A stretch of 63,481 nt of DNA, filler included, from Hyphochytrium catenoides (taxonomy: Eukaryota; Protista; Hyphochytriomycota), in assembly GCA_900088475.1 (NCBI GenBank). It is 11 parts of 11 records of this genome, joined end to end, with 100 filler letters (N's around TTAATTAATTAA, not from the genome) between each part and the next. Parts side by side here need not be neighbours in the genome. Positions count along the whole stretch, not along the records: positions 20,185 to 29,323 come from FLMG01004206.1; positions 29,424 to 32,513 come from FLMG01002169.1; positions 32,614 to 34,255 come from FLMG01001226.1; positions 34,356 to 52,884 come from FLMG01003798.1; 7 more parts are not named here. The stretch is one strand, 5' to 3'. The translations under genes and the position numbers were made by a program. The notes under the pieces were generated by a model that was not told the DNA's origin, ran no database searches, and saw nothing but the letters and a program-made list of their open reading frames with translations. This document shows, one piece after another, positions 25,204 to 37,069 of this stretch. The number at the start of each line of letters is the position of its first letter. Position 1 is the first letter of the stretch.

Positions 25204-26187
25204 ATTACGGATCTGGGGGAATTAGACTACTACCTGGGTATCCAAGTGAAGCGGGATAGAGCGGCTAGGAAGAGATACCTTGGACAGTCGAAGTATAGCA
25301 CCGAGATCTTGGAGCGCTTCAACCTACTTGATGCCTACTCAAATCCTATCCCAGCGGTGCCTAAGACGTACTTGCCCAAAGCTTCTACCATCCCCCTATC
25401 GTCAAGCAGTCGGTTTCTTGCTGTACGTCATGGTCTGCACGCGGCCTGACATTGCTTATGCAGTGCAAGCCGTGAGGAGCCAACATATAAGTGCCTTCCG
25501 CCACGTCCACTGGGAGGCTGTCAAACGTATCTTCACCTACCTGAAGGCAACTCAAGACTTCCCTTTTGTCTAGGAGGGAATGTTCCTACCCAACTCTCTA
25601 TCCAGGCTGATGCTGATTCGGCTAGTGAGCCCGCAGACCGCAAGTCCATCACAGGCTATTTCTTGAGTCGAACGGCGGGGCCTTTGCCTGGAAGTCAAAG
25701 AAGCAGTTTCTTCGGGCGTCCTCAACCACGGGAGCGGAGTGCGTTTCTCTTGGTCCGCGAGTCACGTTGTGGAGCATTTTAGTGTGTTCCTGAGCGCGCT
25801 GGGCTTCTCGCACCAGCTTCTTCCCATCCCTATTGGCCAGGACAACAAGAGCGCCATCGGTGTCTGCTCCTCTCCTCGACCAAAGTCAAAGACTTTGGCT
25901 GTCAAGCACTGCGTCCTGCAAAAGAAGGTAGCCCGTGGGAGAATTAAGCTGGATCATATACTCCCTCTGTAGCCATGGTCGCAGATTGTCTCACGAAGCC
26001 CTTAGCAACTCCTCTCTTTCACACGCTGCGGCCTCATCTTGGGGGGGTCCGTCCGTCTGATACCGGTACCCTTATTGCTACTACTCACCTAGCTTCGTCT
26101 GCCTGTGGGAGAGAGCGTCGAGTGAGCGGACAGTATGAGGATCGCAACAACTACTGACCATTCAGAGAAGCTAGATATGCGGGGGAG
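25204..26187 (+). mobile_element. Degenerate copia RT/RNase H 3' end with PPT
   Basis: TDLGELDYYLGIQV, YRQAVG.LLY..CTRPDIAYAV, DAD.A..RKSITGY, QDNKSAI and ADCLTKPL. GGGGGAG lies just before 26188. Confidence 0.88.
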
Positions 26188-26553
26188 TATTGAGTGATAC
26201 AATTCTCGTTGTCAGTAATCACTCTCTATACACACCAAGCTTTCAGAGGCATAGTCATTACCGGTATAAACTGTGTTATGGGTGAAGAGAGGTGTGAGGA
26301 GAATTCCCTGACCTCATCTTTTGAGCAAAACGGCTTTATGAGGAAAAGGATGGAACGAGGCACAGATTGATTAGGAGAGCATTAAGAGAGACATTCCTCT
26401 CCTAACAAAGTCCTTTTACTCGAAAGAGGAGGTCAGGGAATTTTCCTCACATCTCTCTTCACCCATAACACAGTTATATTTAACGACTATGCGTCTGAGA
26501 GCTAGGTGTGTGTAGAGAGTGATTGCTGACCACGAGCATTGTATCACTCAACA
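26188..26553. repeat. Long imperfect inverted repeat made of two opposed LTR-D-related 5' halves
   Basis: 26188-~26345 (TATTGAGTGATACAAT...) is the reverse complement of ~26400-26553 (...ATTGTATCACTCAACA) with scattered mismatches. Confidence 0.85.
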
Positions 26554-28495
26554 AAGCTTGCCAGCTTGTAGTCCACATAGCTGTGCCCTCAGATTCCAAC
26601 ACCTCCCCGCAGCTCGAACTCCGTGGTGTGAAGGATCGAAACTAAACATTCAACACAGGACTGGCACTGTAACCCTTCAAAACGTTCTACATGAACGTGG
26701 ATTCACCAAAGATCTATTTTCAATCAGCAAGGAGCTTGATAAAGGATACCACATACTCTTTACCCGGGATGGAAAGGTTTCTTATCTACCGCCTAAACCT
26801 CTATCTCAACTACTTTCTGTTGCATCAACCAGTACCCTTGGGGAACGCATTGGGAATCTCTTTTAGGTGACTGGCTCTACCTTAACTGATTGTACATCAA
26901 GCCGCTCTCCAAGTGCCTACACCACTTTATCGGACCTGAGGCAATCGACTCTACCCTTACCGCTATTAGCCCCCCGCTCAGTCACTATTTGGCATCGTAG
27001 ATTGTGGCATCGGAACGTTCCAGAGGAACGGAAGGCTTGCGATGATTTCTTCAGGCATGAAGATCATCAACGATACAACGTCATTCTGTTCGGTTCTGTC
27101 TTAGGAAAGCTGACCCCACGTAGGTTTCCTAAACATTCACATCGCAAAATACAACGCCTCTTCAACTAGTCCACACCGATGTTGGCATCGTCAATACGCT
27201 CAGCCTTGGCGGTCATCGTTACTATTATTATGTTGTTTTCGTCGACGACTATACTCGTCGTTTCTTTTCTACCTCATGAAGAGTAAGAGTGAGGTCATCA
27301 CCCACCTTGAAACCTTTATCAAGATGGCTGCTGAGCGCCAAACAGGACTTAAAGTTCAACGTATTCGGAGCGACCGAGGTGGCGAATACTGCGATGCTAT
27401 GAAAGATATTGCAAGATACGTGGCATTCTGCATGAAGTTATTACAGCTCCATACAGTCCACCAGTACGGCGTTGCCGAGCGACGCCAGAGAACTCTTGTG
27501 AACTCTGCCAGGTGCATGCTACATGCTGCCAAGTTACCTCCATCGGTTTGGAGTGAAGCTCTGTTAACGGCTGCATATGTAGGTAATTTCTCTCCAACAA
27601 GCGCTCTATCTACATGGAGCGACTTTCTAAGAATGGTTTAATGCTGAACCGGACGTTAGCCATCTCCGTGTCTTTGGTTGTCTTGCGTATGCCCTCTTAC
27701 CGGATTCAAAGGTAAGAAAATGGACCCCAAGTCAAAATCCTACAATTCGTTGGTTACCCAGCAACTCTAGGGCCTATCGACCCTATGACGAAGACAGTGG
27801 TACCATCATTGAGCGCAGGGATGTGGTGTCCCCTGAGGGGCTTTGGTTCACTACTCCAAACCTCGCCTCAACTGCGTGACTCTGTACTTTATCTCTTTGA
27901 TGTACTCAGTGAGGACGACATCTCTTCTCTTCCTACCAACCAGACTCGTCAATGGGATTCTGATCCGCAAATGCCCACCAAAGTACCTCCCTCCTACGGA
28001 AACCCTCGCCAATCATCCGTCAATGGGATTCTGATCCGCAAATGCCCACCAAAGTGCCTCCCTCCTACGGAAACCCTCGCCAATCATCCCGGTAATACTG
28101 CTCGCAAATTGCCAGCTCCTGAAACAGATAAGGTATGCGGTGACGATACCTCGGTTTCAGATAGATCATTATCCACCTTCTGATGATGGGAATCGGGAAA
28201 CACTGCGGGATCGCCCAGACAGTCTACAAAGTTCGCTTGTCCACAACCCAGCTCCAGCAACCGATGATATTCAACAACAAGTACCTCCTTCCCGACTTCG
28301 GCTCTTCAAACGCCGCCTTCAACAAGAAGACTCCATTTCCTCGATGGCTAACCATATTAACAACTCCTCGTCACCAACTGAACCCAGAACTATAGAAGAG
28401 GCTCTTTCTGGGCCGGATGCTTCGGAGTGAAACGCCGCCAAGTGAAATGGCGTCTATGGAACAACACGACGTTTAAGAACTCGTTGAACGTCCTG
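26554..28495 (+). mobile_element. Diverged paralogue of the 2493-5530 copia region, including the same LTR-B junction
   Basis: LTR-B end ...CCAACA joins CCTCCCCGCAGCTC as at 2539. Integrase motifs and linker are colinear. Lacks the RC-A insertion. Confidence 0.88.
27947..28088 (+). repeat. 71-bp tandem duplication inside the copia linker region
   Basis: CGTCAATGGGATTCTGATCCGCAAATGCCC...AATCATC occurs twice (27947 and 28018). Confidence 0.9.
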
Positions 28496-28849
28496 ATCGG
28501 TCACAAACTGGAACTGAGGTTTTGCCAAGAATGTACGTGGCTTGGCAGATATTGCTTGAAGGAAGCCAGCGAATTGAGGAGTTAACTTCAGCACATTTTG
28601 CCTTTGCTTCTCCAGTTTTGTTTGGCGACGAGAACGGCCCTCGACGACGCCTTTTGGTGACGGTGGCCTCCTGTCAACGTTACTCGTTACCTCATTGCTC
28701 TCGCTTTTCCTCCTCCTCCGTAGCTGCTTGTAGGAACGCCTTCTTCTTCTTCCCCTCTTCTCCTCTTCTTGTCCTCTATTGGTTCACCTGGCTGAGCCAT
28801 CATGTTGCCATGCCACTGAAGATGATGCACAACCGACAGTGCACTTTCT

Positions 28850-29323
28850 AGGAGACCATATGCCAGTAAAAACTGCGAAGTAAGCACCTGTTGCATGTGC
28901 TTTGATGGAAGAGGAGTCGATGTCAATGCAGGTTTCGTCTGATGATGAGATGCAGTTTTCAACGCCACTCGCGCGCTTTTTTTATTCAGGGGGTGCTCTG
29001 GTTTGTGAAGGGGGAGTTCTGTAGGATCCGAGGGGGTGGCTGTATAGAGGTCCAGGGGGTTCATTGAGTGGAGGCCAGATTCTGACATTTTGGGGAGTAA
29101 TTCATTTAGTGGTTCCGCCTTAACTTTGCAATGTCCTTGACCACTGAAGGACTGAGAGTGTAAGCTCCATTCGAGGTGAACAACACTGCTTCAGCAGAGG
29201 AGTCTTGGATGTATTGTCCAATAGAGAGAAGATGCTTTGGAAAGCCTGGCGCATAAAGCACATTCGGCAGGTAGAGATGGGCGGTAGCTCTATTGGCAGC
29301 AGGGATAAGTATGCTTCCCTTTC
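28850..29323 (-). mobile_element. Copia protease-region fragment
   Basis: The minus strand reads GSILIPAANRATAHLYLPNVLYAPGFPKHLLSIGQY, matching the copia L.NVL.AP....LLS motif. Confidence 0.65.
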
Positions 29324-30490
29324 NNNNNNNNNNNNNNNNNNNNNNNNNNNNNNNNNNNNNNNNNNNNTTAATTAATTAANNNNNNNNNNNNNNNNNNNNN
29401 NNNNNNNNNNNNNNNNNNNNNNNGTCGGGGTAAGTTACTTCACACTATAGCTTAGTCCGACAGAACATGAGCTTGGGCATACTAACCTCCATCTGTAACT
29501 ACGGGCTCGAGGGTCGCTCGTGGATTCTTGTAGACCGTCTGACCATGGTTCTCTGCGCCTATAGTCACTGGGGCTCATCCAGACCTCCGAGAACAAGCAG
29601 AGCTCCACCAGTACTGGCTCCTCACTGGTAAGGAAGCTGCGAACTGCCCCAATAGGCCGGGATGCTATGGTGGGAAGTCAAAGTATACAAACAGTGCTCT
29701 ACTAAAGCATCCTTTCGGCTCCAGAGCAGTGGCGTTGCGTCCCTACTAGGCCAGATCGTTGTCTGTACGCAGACACCTGCAGCCTTGATTGCGTCATCAG
29801 CCTTGGTGGCATCATCAGCCTTGGTGGTATCGTCAGCCTTGGTGGCACCTTCCTCCAACAGCAGATTCCACACACCTTCTCCAAGAGCCCGGTGGTTGCA
29901 TCGTCGAAGTGACCATCAAAGCCATCAAGCTCTATTCTCACGATTACGTAGTTTGCTTTGACCTCACTAGCAATTGATGAGAACAAGTCCTGCTCCTCCT
30001 GCTTGTTCTGACCGTCGACTTTATCATCTTGGTAGCTCATCAGGTGGCACGGGATAGTGAACCTTGGATAGTTTGCGGTGGGAAGGGGTGTGAGTAGTAC
30101 CATGCTTTGATCTGGCTGGATTGGTTTGGCGGGGGCAACGTAAAGGCTTAGCTTGTTGCGGGGTTTGCGGCTGTGCGTTCCGTATTATAGACAGTAGTAT
30201 GCGTTTGTTTAAAATAGGTGCTCTGACTTTTTTAGGCGGCACCATCTGCTCTTCACTAGCTAGTAGCACCACGGGTCACCAGGAGAGTCTTCTTGGGGGG
30301 TGGAAAGCTTCGACACGCGATTGCCAATGGTTTCTACATCTTCAAGGCCAACATTACTTCGCCGGTGTTCATAAGCGTGAATTTCCTTGTCTCCTTCCAA
30401 TTTGGATAGGTCTACCTCCTACTCCTAACAGGCATGTTCATATACCATTAGCTCTTTGCATAGGCCTCTACCTAATGCTGTCGAGAACGT

Positions 30491-30710
30491 GGTAGCTCTT
30501 TGAAATAGCTATCCAGATAGCTTTTCAGATAGCTTTGAAATAGCTCTTCTGATAGCTCTTCTGAGATGTGATAGCTCTTCTGAGACGTGATAGCTCTTTA
30601 AAATAGTCCTTGATTTAGCCTTCTGCTCTTTGAGATAGCTCGAGATAGCCCTGTCGATGGCTCTTGAGTAAATACCTCTTCTGATAGCTCTTGAAATAGC
30701 TCTTCCGTCT
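30491..30710 (-). repeat. Degenerate ~12-bp tandem repeat (GAAGAGCTATCA on minus strand)
   Basis: More than ten ATAGCTCTT-like units on the plus strand. Confidence 0.75.
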
Positions 30711-31795
30711 TATGGCTTTATTGTCGAACTTCTCTGGAAGTGAGTAGCTCTTCTTCGAGATTCGATCAAACCCCCTTCCTTCCTATGACTTTATGGTGAG
30801 TCTATCTTGTTCCTTGTTAACCTGTCCTGACCACCAAGCCAATTCACGATATTGATCAAAATATTGGGTGACAAGGAAGTTGAGGAGTAGACTGTGCTCT
30901 TTGCTGTCTGACATCTGCACCAAGACAGAAAGAATCAATAATATGCGGAGAGAGAAAAGCCGACTCACTGCTATTCTTTAGGGTGTATTAGGAAGCCGGT
31001 CTCTTCATCAGGCAGCACTCTCGTGCCTGTCTTCATCGCCGATTCTCGCTCGTTGCTAAAAGAGCAATGGTACTGTCATTGAGACTCTTCTTGCAGACGT
31101 CCTAGAGAGCAAGGCGAAGCCGCGGCCTGGCCAGCCAAAGCCCAGCCGTTCTCTCTGAGTACCACTAAAATGACCATTACCTGGAACCATCGCGAAGAGT
31201 GAAGAACCGGGCCTCCTATCTTTCTGTGGGAATCTGGATGACGAGCTGCTGCTTTTTGTGAGGGCTAGGGCTTTCTTCCCGCATTAGGTTAAAGGCTTGT
31301 GTTCATTTCCAACTTGGAAAGCCTTTCTTCTATGTGTGAGCCGAAGTGACTTGCAGTGTGGGTTCATCTAAGTTCATGTGTTGGAAAGGATGTCTTAATA
31401 ACCCTTGCAAGGCCTGACGAACGAAACCCACTCAGCATAACTGCTCCGCCATTTTACCGCGTGGTCGAGGTTCATCAAGCCGGCTGGTATGGACGTACCT
31501 ATAAAAAGTCAAATAGAAGTCGTGTTATAGTTGTGATACGGAAGCTTAGCAGAGCCTAAAGCTAGGCTGTTTCCTGCTTCGGATGTTTCATTAACGGTTG
31601 CTGAAGTATACGAAGCGTCTGGGATTAATAGATTAGGGGAATGATAAAAGGGAGTGTCTACCATCTACCCAATGCATGTTACTCAGAAAAAATGACCTGA
31701 AGGAGCCATTCTAGCAGCGCTCTTAGGCTTCCGTCGCGTCCTGGTCGTCGGTGGCCGATCTGGTCATTCCTGGTCTCCTTCCCAGGGCGGCTAAG

Positions 31796-32194
31796 CTACT
31801 CCGTCTTCATAATAGTCTCGCACGCCGATAGGAGCTTTATCGTTGGAATAACGTTCGATATCCTGCTTCGTCCGGGTCCAATATAGTCTGCTACAGTGAA
31901 GATAAGGGCATTGTGGAACAACTCTCTACCCGTGCGGTCCATATGCTGGAGCGTAGGGATGTATTCCTGCTCGAGTTTTGCATCAAGATCGATCCCTTCT
32001 AGCTCCTCAATCCAGTCTGCGGCCATGTTCCTCATCTCTAGGACTGTCGCTGCCTCATGGAGCAAGCTGTCGCCAGGACGACATGATAGCGTCTCATGAA
32101 GTTGCAACAAAGCCGTGTATCGCAGGTATTGGATTGTCTTTCGAGCATCATCCAAGCTCATCCGCAGCAATAGCTCGAGCCCAGAGGGATCCAT
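31796..32194 (-). CDS. Hypothetical helical protein fragment (132 aa)
   Basis: ATG-initiated, non-repetitive ORF inside the IR-bounded segment. No motif recognised. Confidence 0.35.
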   Translation of the reverse strand: MDPSGLELLLRMSLDDARKTIQYLRYTALLQLHETLSCRPGDSLLHEAATVLEMRNMAADWIEELEGIDLDAKLEQEYIPTLQHMDRTGRELFHNALIFTVADYIGPGRSRISNVIPTIKLLSACETIMKTE

Positions 32195-32613
32195 TTTCCT
32201 GTGCGGCGAAAAGAGAAGGCACCGCTGCGGCTAATGCCGACTTGTGCGAGAATGCTTATCCAGCTGCTCCGGGTCTCTGTGTTACGTTGTAGTGTGATCT
32301 CCCAGATGGGCTGCTTCGGAAGAACTCCTCGCCACACAGATAAGTAACGATTAGTCAAGCGATTAGTTCTCCTATTGGGAATCAAAACAGGCGGTGTTGG
32401 GGGAAGGGGGAAGGGGCAACAGAAAGATCTGCTGTATGTAGAGTATAAGAAAAAAGTGATAACACATGTTCTGTCGGACTAAGCTATAGTGTGAAGTACG
32501 TTACCCCGACAGGNNNNNNNNNNNNNNNNNNNNNNNNNNNNNNNNNNNNNNNNNNNNTTAATTAATTAANNNNNNNNNNNNNNNNNNNNNNNNNNNNNNN
32601 NNNNNNNNNNNNN

Positions 32614-33999
32614 AAAAGAACAACCACAAAGAGTCAGATGAAGGAACGTGAGAGAAAAGTTTGATCCTCAACACATCTTGTTTCCACTGGGCTATCAAAC
32701 ACGATGGACACAGTGCTCAGGAGGGTAGGAAAAGAGAAGAAGTCGTTTTCTGTTCCTAGGAATATCAAGGTTTACCAAGACACAATGGGAGGAGTTGATA
32801 AGCATGACCAACTTCGGCTCGCTCGATATTCACTCCAACGCCATTTTGCATTCAGGAAGTGGTAAGTGGAGATTGATCATAAGTATCTCTTCAGCTCTCG
32901 TGTCAGACTCTAAGCTTCGTCGGATGTAACCAGGTACCTCCAAACGTTTCTCGGTCTGCTAGACCTGGCAGTCGTGAACGCCTTCATTGCGTGGCGACTG
33001 CGTTACGGTGCCAAGAGGGACCCCCAATATAAATCGCATCATGACCTGTTTGGAGGACATATCTGGAAGGCTACTGTCTTCCGGGCAACTGTACATTGAT
33101 GGAGCCTTTGCTCGCCAGCGGGTGCAAGGTCGAGGTCAAGATGCTACAGTCCAGTCAACAAGACTGAATAGGGGATGGAGTTACCATTCTCAGCACACCG
33201 TTGTGAAGAACCCAAGGGTCAGAAAAGGGGGACGGAGTTTCGCTAAACAGAGAAAGTGCGTCGTCTGCACTGCCCTCAATCCTGGGTCCTATAGGAAGAC
33301 AAGTTTCTCTTGCAGTGTGTGCAACATCGGACTCTGCCAGATTCCTACAAGAAATCAGACTGACGGAATAAGCTGTTTTCGCCGCTATCACTCTCATTGG
33401 CATGGGGACAGGAAAACGATGAAGAGTTCCATTAAACGCGGCTATAACAGCGCTACGCATCGCGCCGTTTCTGCAGTCGCCTTTGGCAGCCCGGACCTGC
33501 CAAGGAAGAACCAAAAGAGCAAGCGGAGACGAGGTAAGGTTGACACAGTCATCGATAAAGAAGTCTCATTCTTTCTGATATAGAGTATCGTTTATGCATC
33601 ATCCACTCTTGCCTTGTGTAGTCATAGAAGAGACAGACGAAGATGATGACTCAACTCTGATTTCTGGACCGAGGACTCCGAATTTTCGGGCTAGGACGCC
33701 TGGCAGTGATGATAGTGCTGAGGAAGCTAGTGTCCTCGAGGAGGCGGAGGAGGCTGTTAGCAGGAGGACAAGAGGGGCTGCCCAGCGTGCTAGTCCAACT
33801 ACAACTTCGACCTCTGTCAGTGGTGATGCAACCCCCATGTCTTCAGCTGCCAGGCCTTCAGCTGTAGCACCAGGTATTAACTTTCACACTCTGACCCGTA
33901 TATAGAGCTGAACTCTATTTTCTACATGCTGTAGGTAAAAGAAGCAGAAGACGGATGTCTGCGAAGCGCTTGGGCAAACAGAAGGGAAGAACACAGTGA
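32614..33999 (+). mobile_element. piggyBac transposase C-terminal half with introns and Cys-rich domain, one frameshift near 33045
   Basis: YQDTMGGVDKHDQLRLARYS...RKW|YLQTFLGLLDLAVVNAFI (intron 32862-32933). C-terminal domain RKCVVC...SCSVCNIGLC...CFRRYH. Confidence 0.88.
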
Positions 34000-34772
34000 T
34001 GACTCTGTCACATCGTTGTTATCACACATCGCTTGTTCACTTTTTTTTATTCGTATAGCTTTAGTCGAGCCCTATTCTTTGATCAATGAGAGGATGTTTC
34101 GATCACTGATATAGTTACATCTATTGCACGTCTCATTGCCGACACAGTCGCACGTGTCAGGTATCAACTCTTTCAGCGTATCACGGACGCAGTTCCTCAA
34201 TCGCCTTGCCAGGATTCCATCAAAGCCCCCAAGTCCATCTGCCTCCTGCTTTACCNNNNNNNNNNNNNNNNNNNNNNNNNNNNNNNNNNNNNNNNNNNNT
34301 TAATTAATTAANNNNNNNNNNNNNNNNNNNNNNNNNNNNNNNNNNNNNNNNNNNNTATAGCGATAGAGATAGCGATAGAGACCCCCGGTGGAGATGCTCT
34401 GTTGTGAAGGCTCCATTCTGCTCTGTCTCACCCTCCTTTTCTATATGGTGACGGTTGCCCACCCATCCTCTCTAAAAATCTGATTGGTAGAGGGTTTGGA
34501 GTAGTCAAGAGCTCGACCAATCGGGAGCAGCCACCGTTTGGCAGATCATCCCCTTTCTCTATTGGATATAAATGGATTGATAATACGGAATAATATGACA
34601 TTTCGTGGACTGTATATCGGATAGAACCCAAAGCGAAGGGTCGAGAGTGAAGGTCGCTGGCGAATCGTGCCATCGCAAAGATTCTCGAACCTCTTTGCTG
34701 GTCGCACACCTCACGATATCTCTCTACTCTCTGTCTTACACTATCGGGTATCTGTATAGCGTCCAATATTAG

Positions 34773-35651
34773 ATGAAGGTAAATGAAAAGGATACTCTGT
34801 CTACAGAGATGGCGCGTCTCTTTCCAGTCTGTGTCTTCTCTTCAGATGTTGATGGATTGCACTTCCTTGGACGCCACGGCTGCGCAGGAGAGAGAGACAG
34901 ACCCTGGGAGGGGGAGAGAGGGAGAGAGAGAGAGAGCTCTGTTTCAGCACCCGCACAGCTGTTCATTTCCCAACTTTCTCTCTTCTCAACAAGTGCACCT
35001 CCGACAGAACTCCAACAACAGAGAAGGATGACCGTAATAGTTCCCTTCACAACGCCCCCAACGGATATCTTTCCTCACTCACCACCAGAGCTGAGAAAAG
35101 AGAGAAGTAAAGAAGACTCTTTCTTCACTCCTCTTTCTCTCTCTCCTCCCGCAACAATGGAGTCTCAGGCGCTCGATAGGCTCTTCCTCAAGAAGCAGTC
35201 AAGCCAGGAACTCACATCTTCCTTGGAAAAGCCTAACCATGATCCCGAACAAGAAGAGGACGAGATGACAGAAGAAAACATTCTCTGCGCGTCTTCCTCT
35301 CTTCTGAGTGGACTCAAAGAGTGGAACAAGTATCGCCTCCAAAAGAAGCTGCTTAGGCATCAGAGAAGGATTGAAAAGAAAATTGAAGAGAGAGACAACT
35401 TTGTCCTGGCTGAAGCTCAAGAGGAGCGCTTAGAGCGTATCTCTGACCAAGTAAAGCGATCGTACCGTAGAAGCGGGTTTGTCCCTCTCTTGGACGAGCT
35501 GAGAGAAGAATCTACCTCCCTCTCTCTTTTTCTTTCTCCTTCGGGTCTAAGACTATCAGTCGAAGATGAACAGCGGACCAGCAAGCAATTGAGACAGCGC
35601 AGACGGATGCAGAGATCAATGCTGGTCTTCCAGCGAACACACTGTCTCTAG
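34773..35651 (+). CDS. Hypothetical protein (up to 292 aa), charged coiled-coil C-terminus
   Basis: Long ORF that is mostly not microsatellite-derived. No domain recognised and the start is uncertain. Confidence 0.45.
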   Translation: MKVNEKDTLSTEMARLFPVCVFSSDVDGLHFLGRHGCAGERDRPWEGERGRERESSVSAPAQLFISQLSLFSTSAPPTELQQQRRMTVIVPFTTPPTDIFPHSPPELRKERSKEDSFFTPLSLSPPATMESQALDRLFLKKQSSQELTSSLEKPNHDPEQEEDEMTEENILCASSSLLSGLKEWNKYRLQKKLLRHQRRIEKKIEERDNFVLAEAQEERLERISDQVKRSYRRSGFVPLLDELREESTSLSLFLSPSGLRLSVEDEQRTSKQLRQRRRMQRSMLVFQRTHCL

Positions 35652-37037
35652 ATAGACATTATGCAGCGGGGAAAATAGAGGTAAAAAAGAGAGAGAGAGA
35701 AAGGCAGAGAGAGAGAGAGCATGTAGGACCAATATCTTAAAGTATGAGCATTCTATAGGAGGAGGAGAGAACGAGAGCGAGGGAGAAAGGGTGCAAAAGA
35801 GAGCGCAAGAAAAGAAAAGACCCAGCGTCACGTTATTTATCATTTTTGTTTATTTATTATCAAGGGCGAGGGCAGCACCTATAGATCGGGCCTCGCCTCT
35901 CTTTATAAGAACAAACACGTAACATAATAGACTGTACATTAGGTAAGACTCATATCACTTTGATGCAGCTTCTGAGGCGCTGGAGAGAAGGCGCAACGAA
36001 CTAAAATGGAGAGAGAGAGAGAGAATTCGAGAGAGAGACAGAAAGATAGAGGCAGCTGACAAGTGGTAGCTCGTAGTAGGTAGAAAGCAAAGAGAGGGAG
36101 AGAGAAAGTGCAGTGCAATTGAGACACTAAGGCAGACCAGGAGATCATGCTTAAGGGAGAGAGAGAGAGAGGAGGGAGAGAAAAAATTCGAGAGAGAAAC
36201 AGAATGAGAGAGAAAAGCTGACAAGTAGTAGCTCGTAGTAGGCAGAAAGCAAAGAGAGGGAGAGAGAAGAGGCAGGGACAGCGAGACCGGATGAAGAGAG
36301 AAGTACATAGCAGCAAGCGTAGCAGAGTCCAGAATGGAGAGAGAACAGGAGACAGTCTTTTGCAAAGAAGGGAAAGTGATAGGAAGATGATGTCAAAATG
36401 TTAGCGGTTGTAGGGTTTGACACAGGAATGAGAAAGAGAGCGTTGAGCGGGCAACCTACTACTAAGAGTTTCTCTGAGAACCAGCATTTTCTCTCGTCTC
36501 ATGGAGAGAAAAGAGAAGAGGACAGCGGATAGAAAGACTTTGTCGGCGAAGAAGTTCGAGGACAGAGAGACTATTGCTTCCTTTCCTCCCGCTGCTGCTC
36601 ACGAGGCAGCATGCCCGCAATAATAGCTCTTTATGAAGTCCTATGACAGAGATACATTGCCTTTCTTAGACTTCCAAGAAGCAAGCATGGGATTGCTCTT
36701 AATAAAGAGTTTTGATGGCAGAGATTTATTGCCTTTCTCGCGCTCAGCGCCCCAGAAGAAGAGATCATTGCGTTTAGAAATAATCATCGCCTTTCCTCGT
36801 GCTCAGAGATCATCGCCTTTCTCTGTCTAGTTCTACTTATAAAAGAGAGTAACATCATCGCTCTCTTCTGTCGCTGGCTCTTTGCAAAGCTGTTTGGGGG
36901 CCTGACGGTCAGGTGCTTTGACAATGAGGAAGGTGAAGAGAGAAGGAGGTCTGGTTGGGTGGTTGGTCATCATCTCTTTTTCTTTTTCTCCAAGAAGGTT
37001 GTCTCTTCCAATCCCCCTTCTTCCTGTCTCTCTCTCC

Positions 37038-37069
<32 letters not shown>

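Larger units (their letters stand above)
29424..32511. mobile_element. 3.1-kb segment bounded by 46-bp inverted repeats, no transposase recognised
   Basis: 29424-29469 and 32465-32510 are reverse complements with 2 mismatches. The right end closes ...CCCCGACA. Confidence 0.55.

Noticed and set aside
30491-30710. CRISPR-like array
   Set aside because: The units are ~12 bp, degenerate and without unique spacers. No cas genes are present and the context is eukaryotic.
34428-34766. 112-aa minus-strand ORF
   Set aside because: Non-ATG start in the track, no motif, and near a contig edge; it cannot be supported as a gene.
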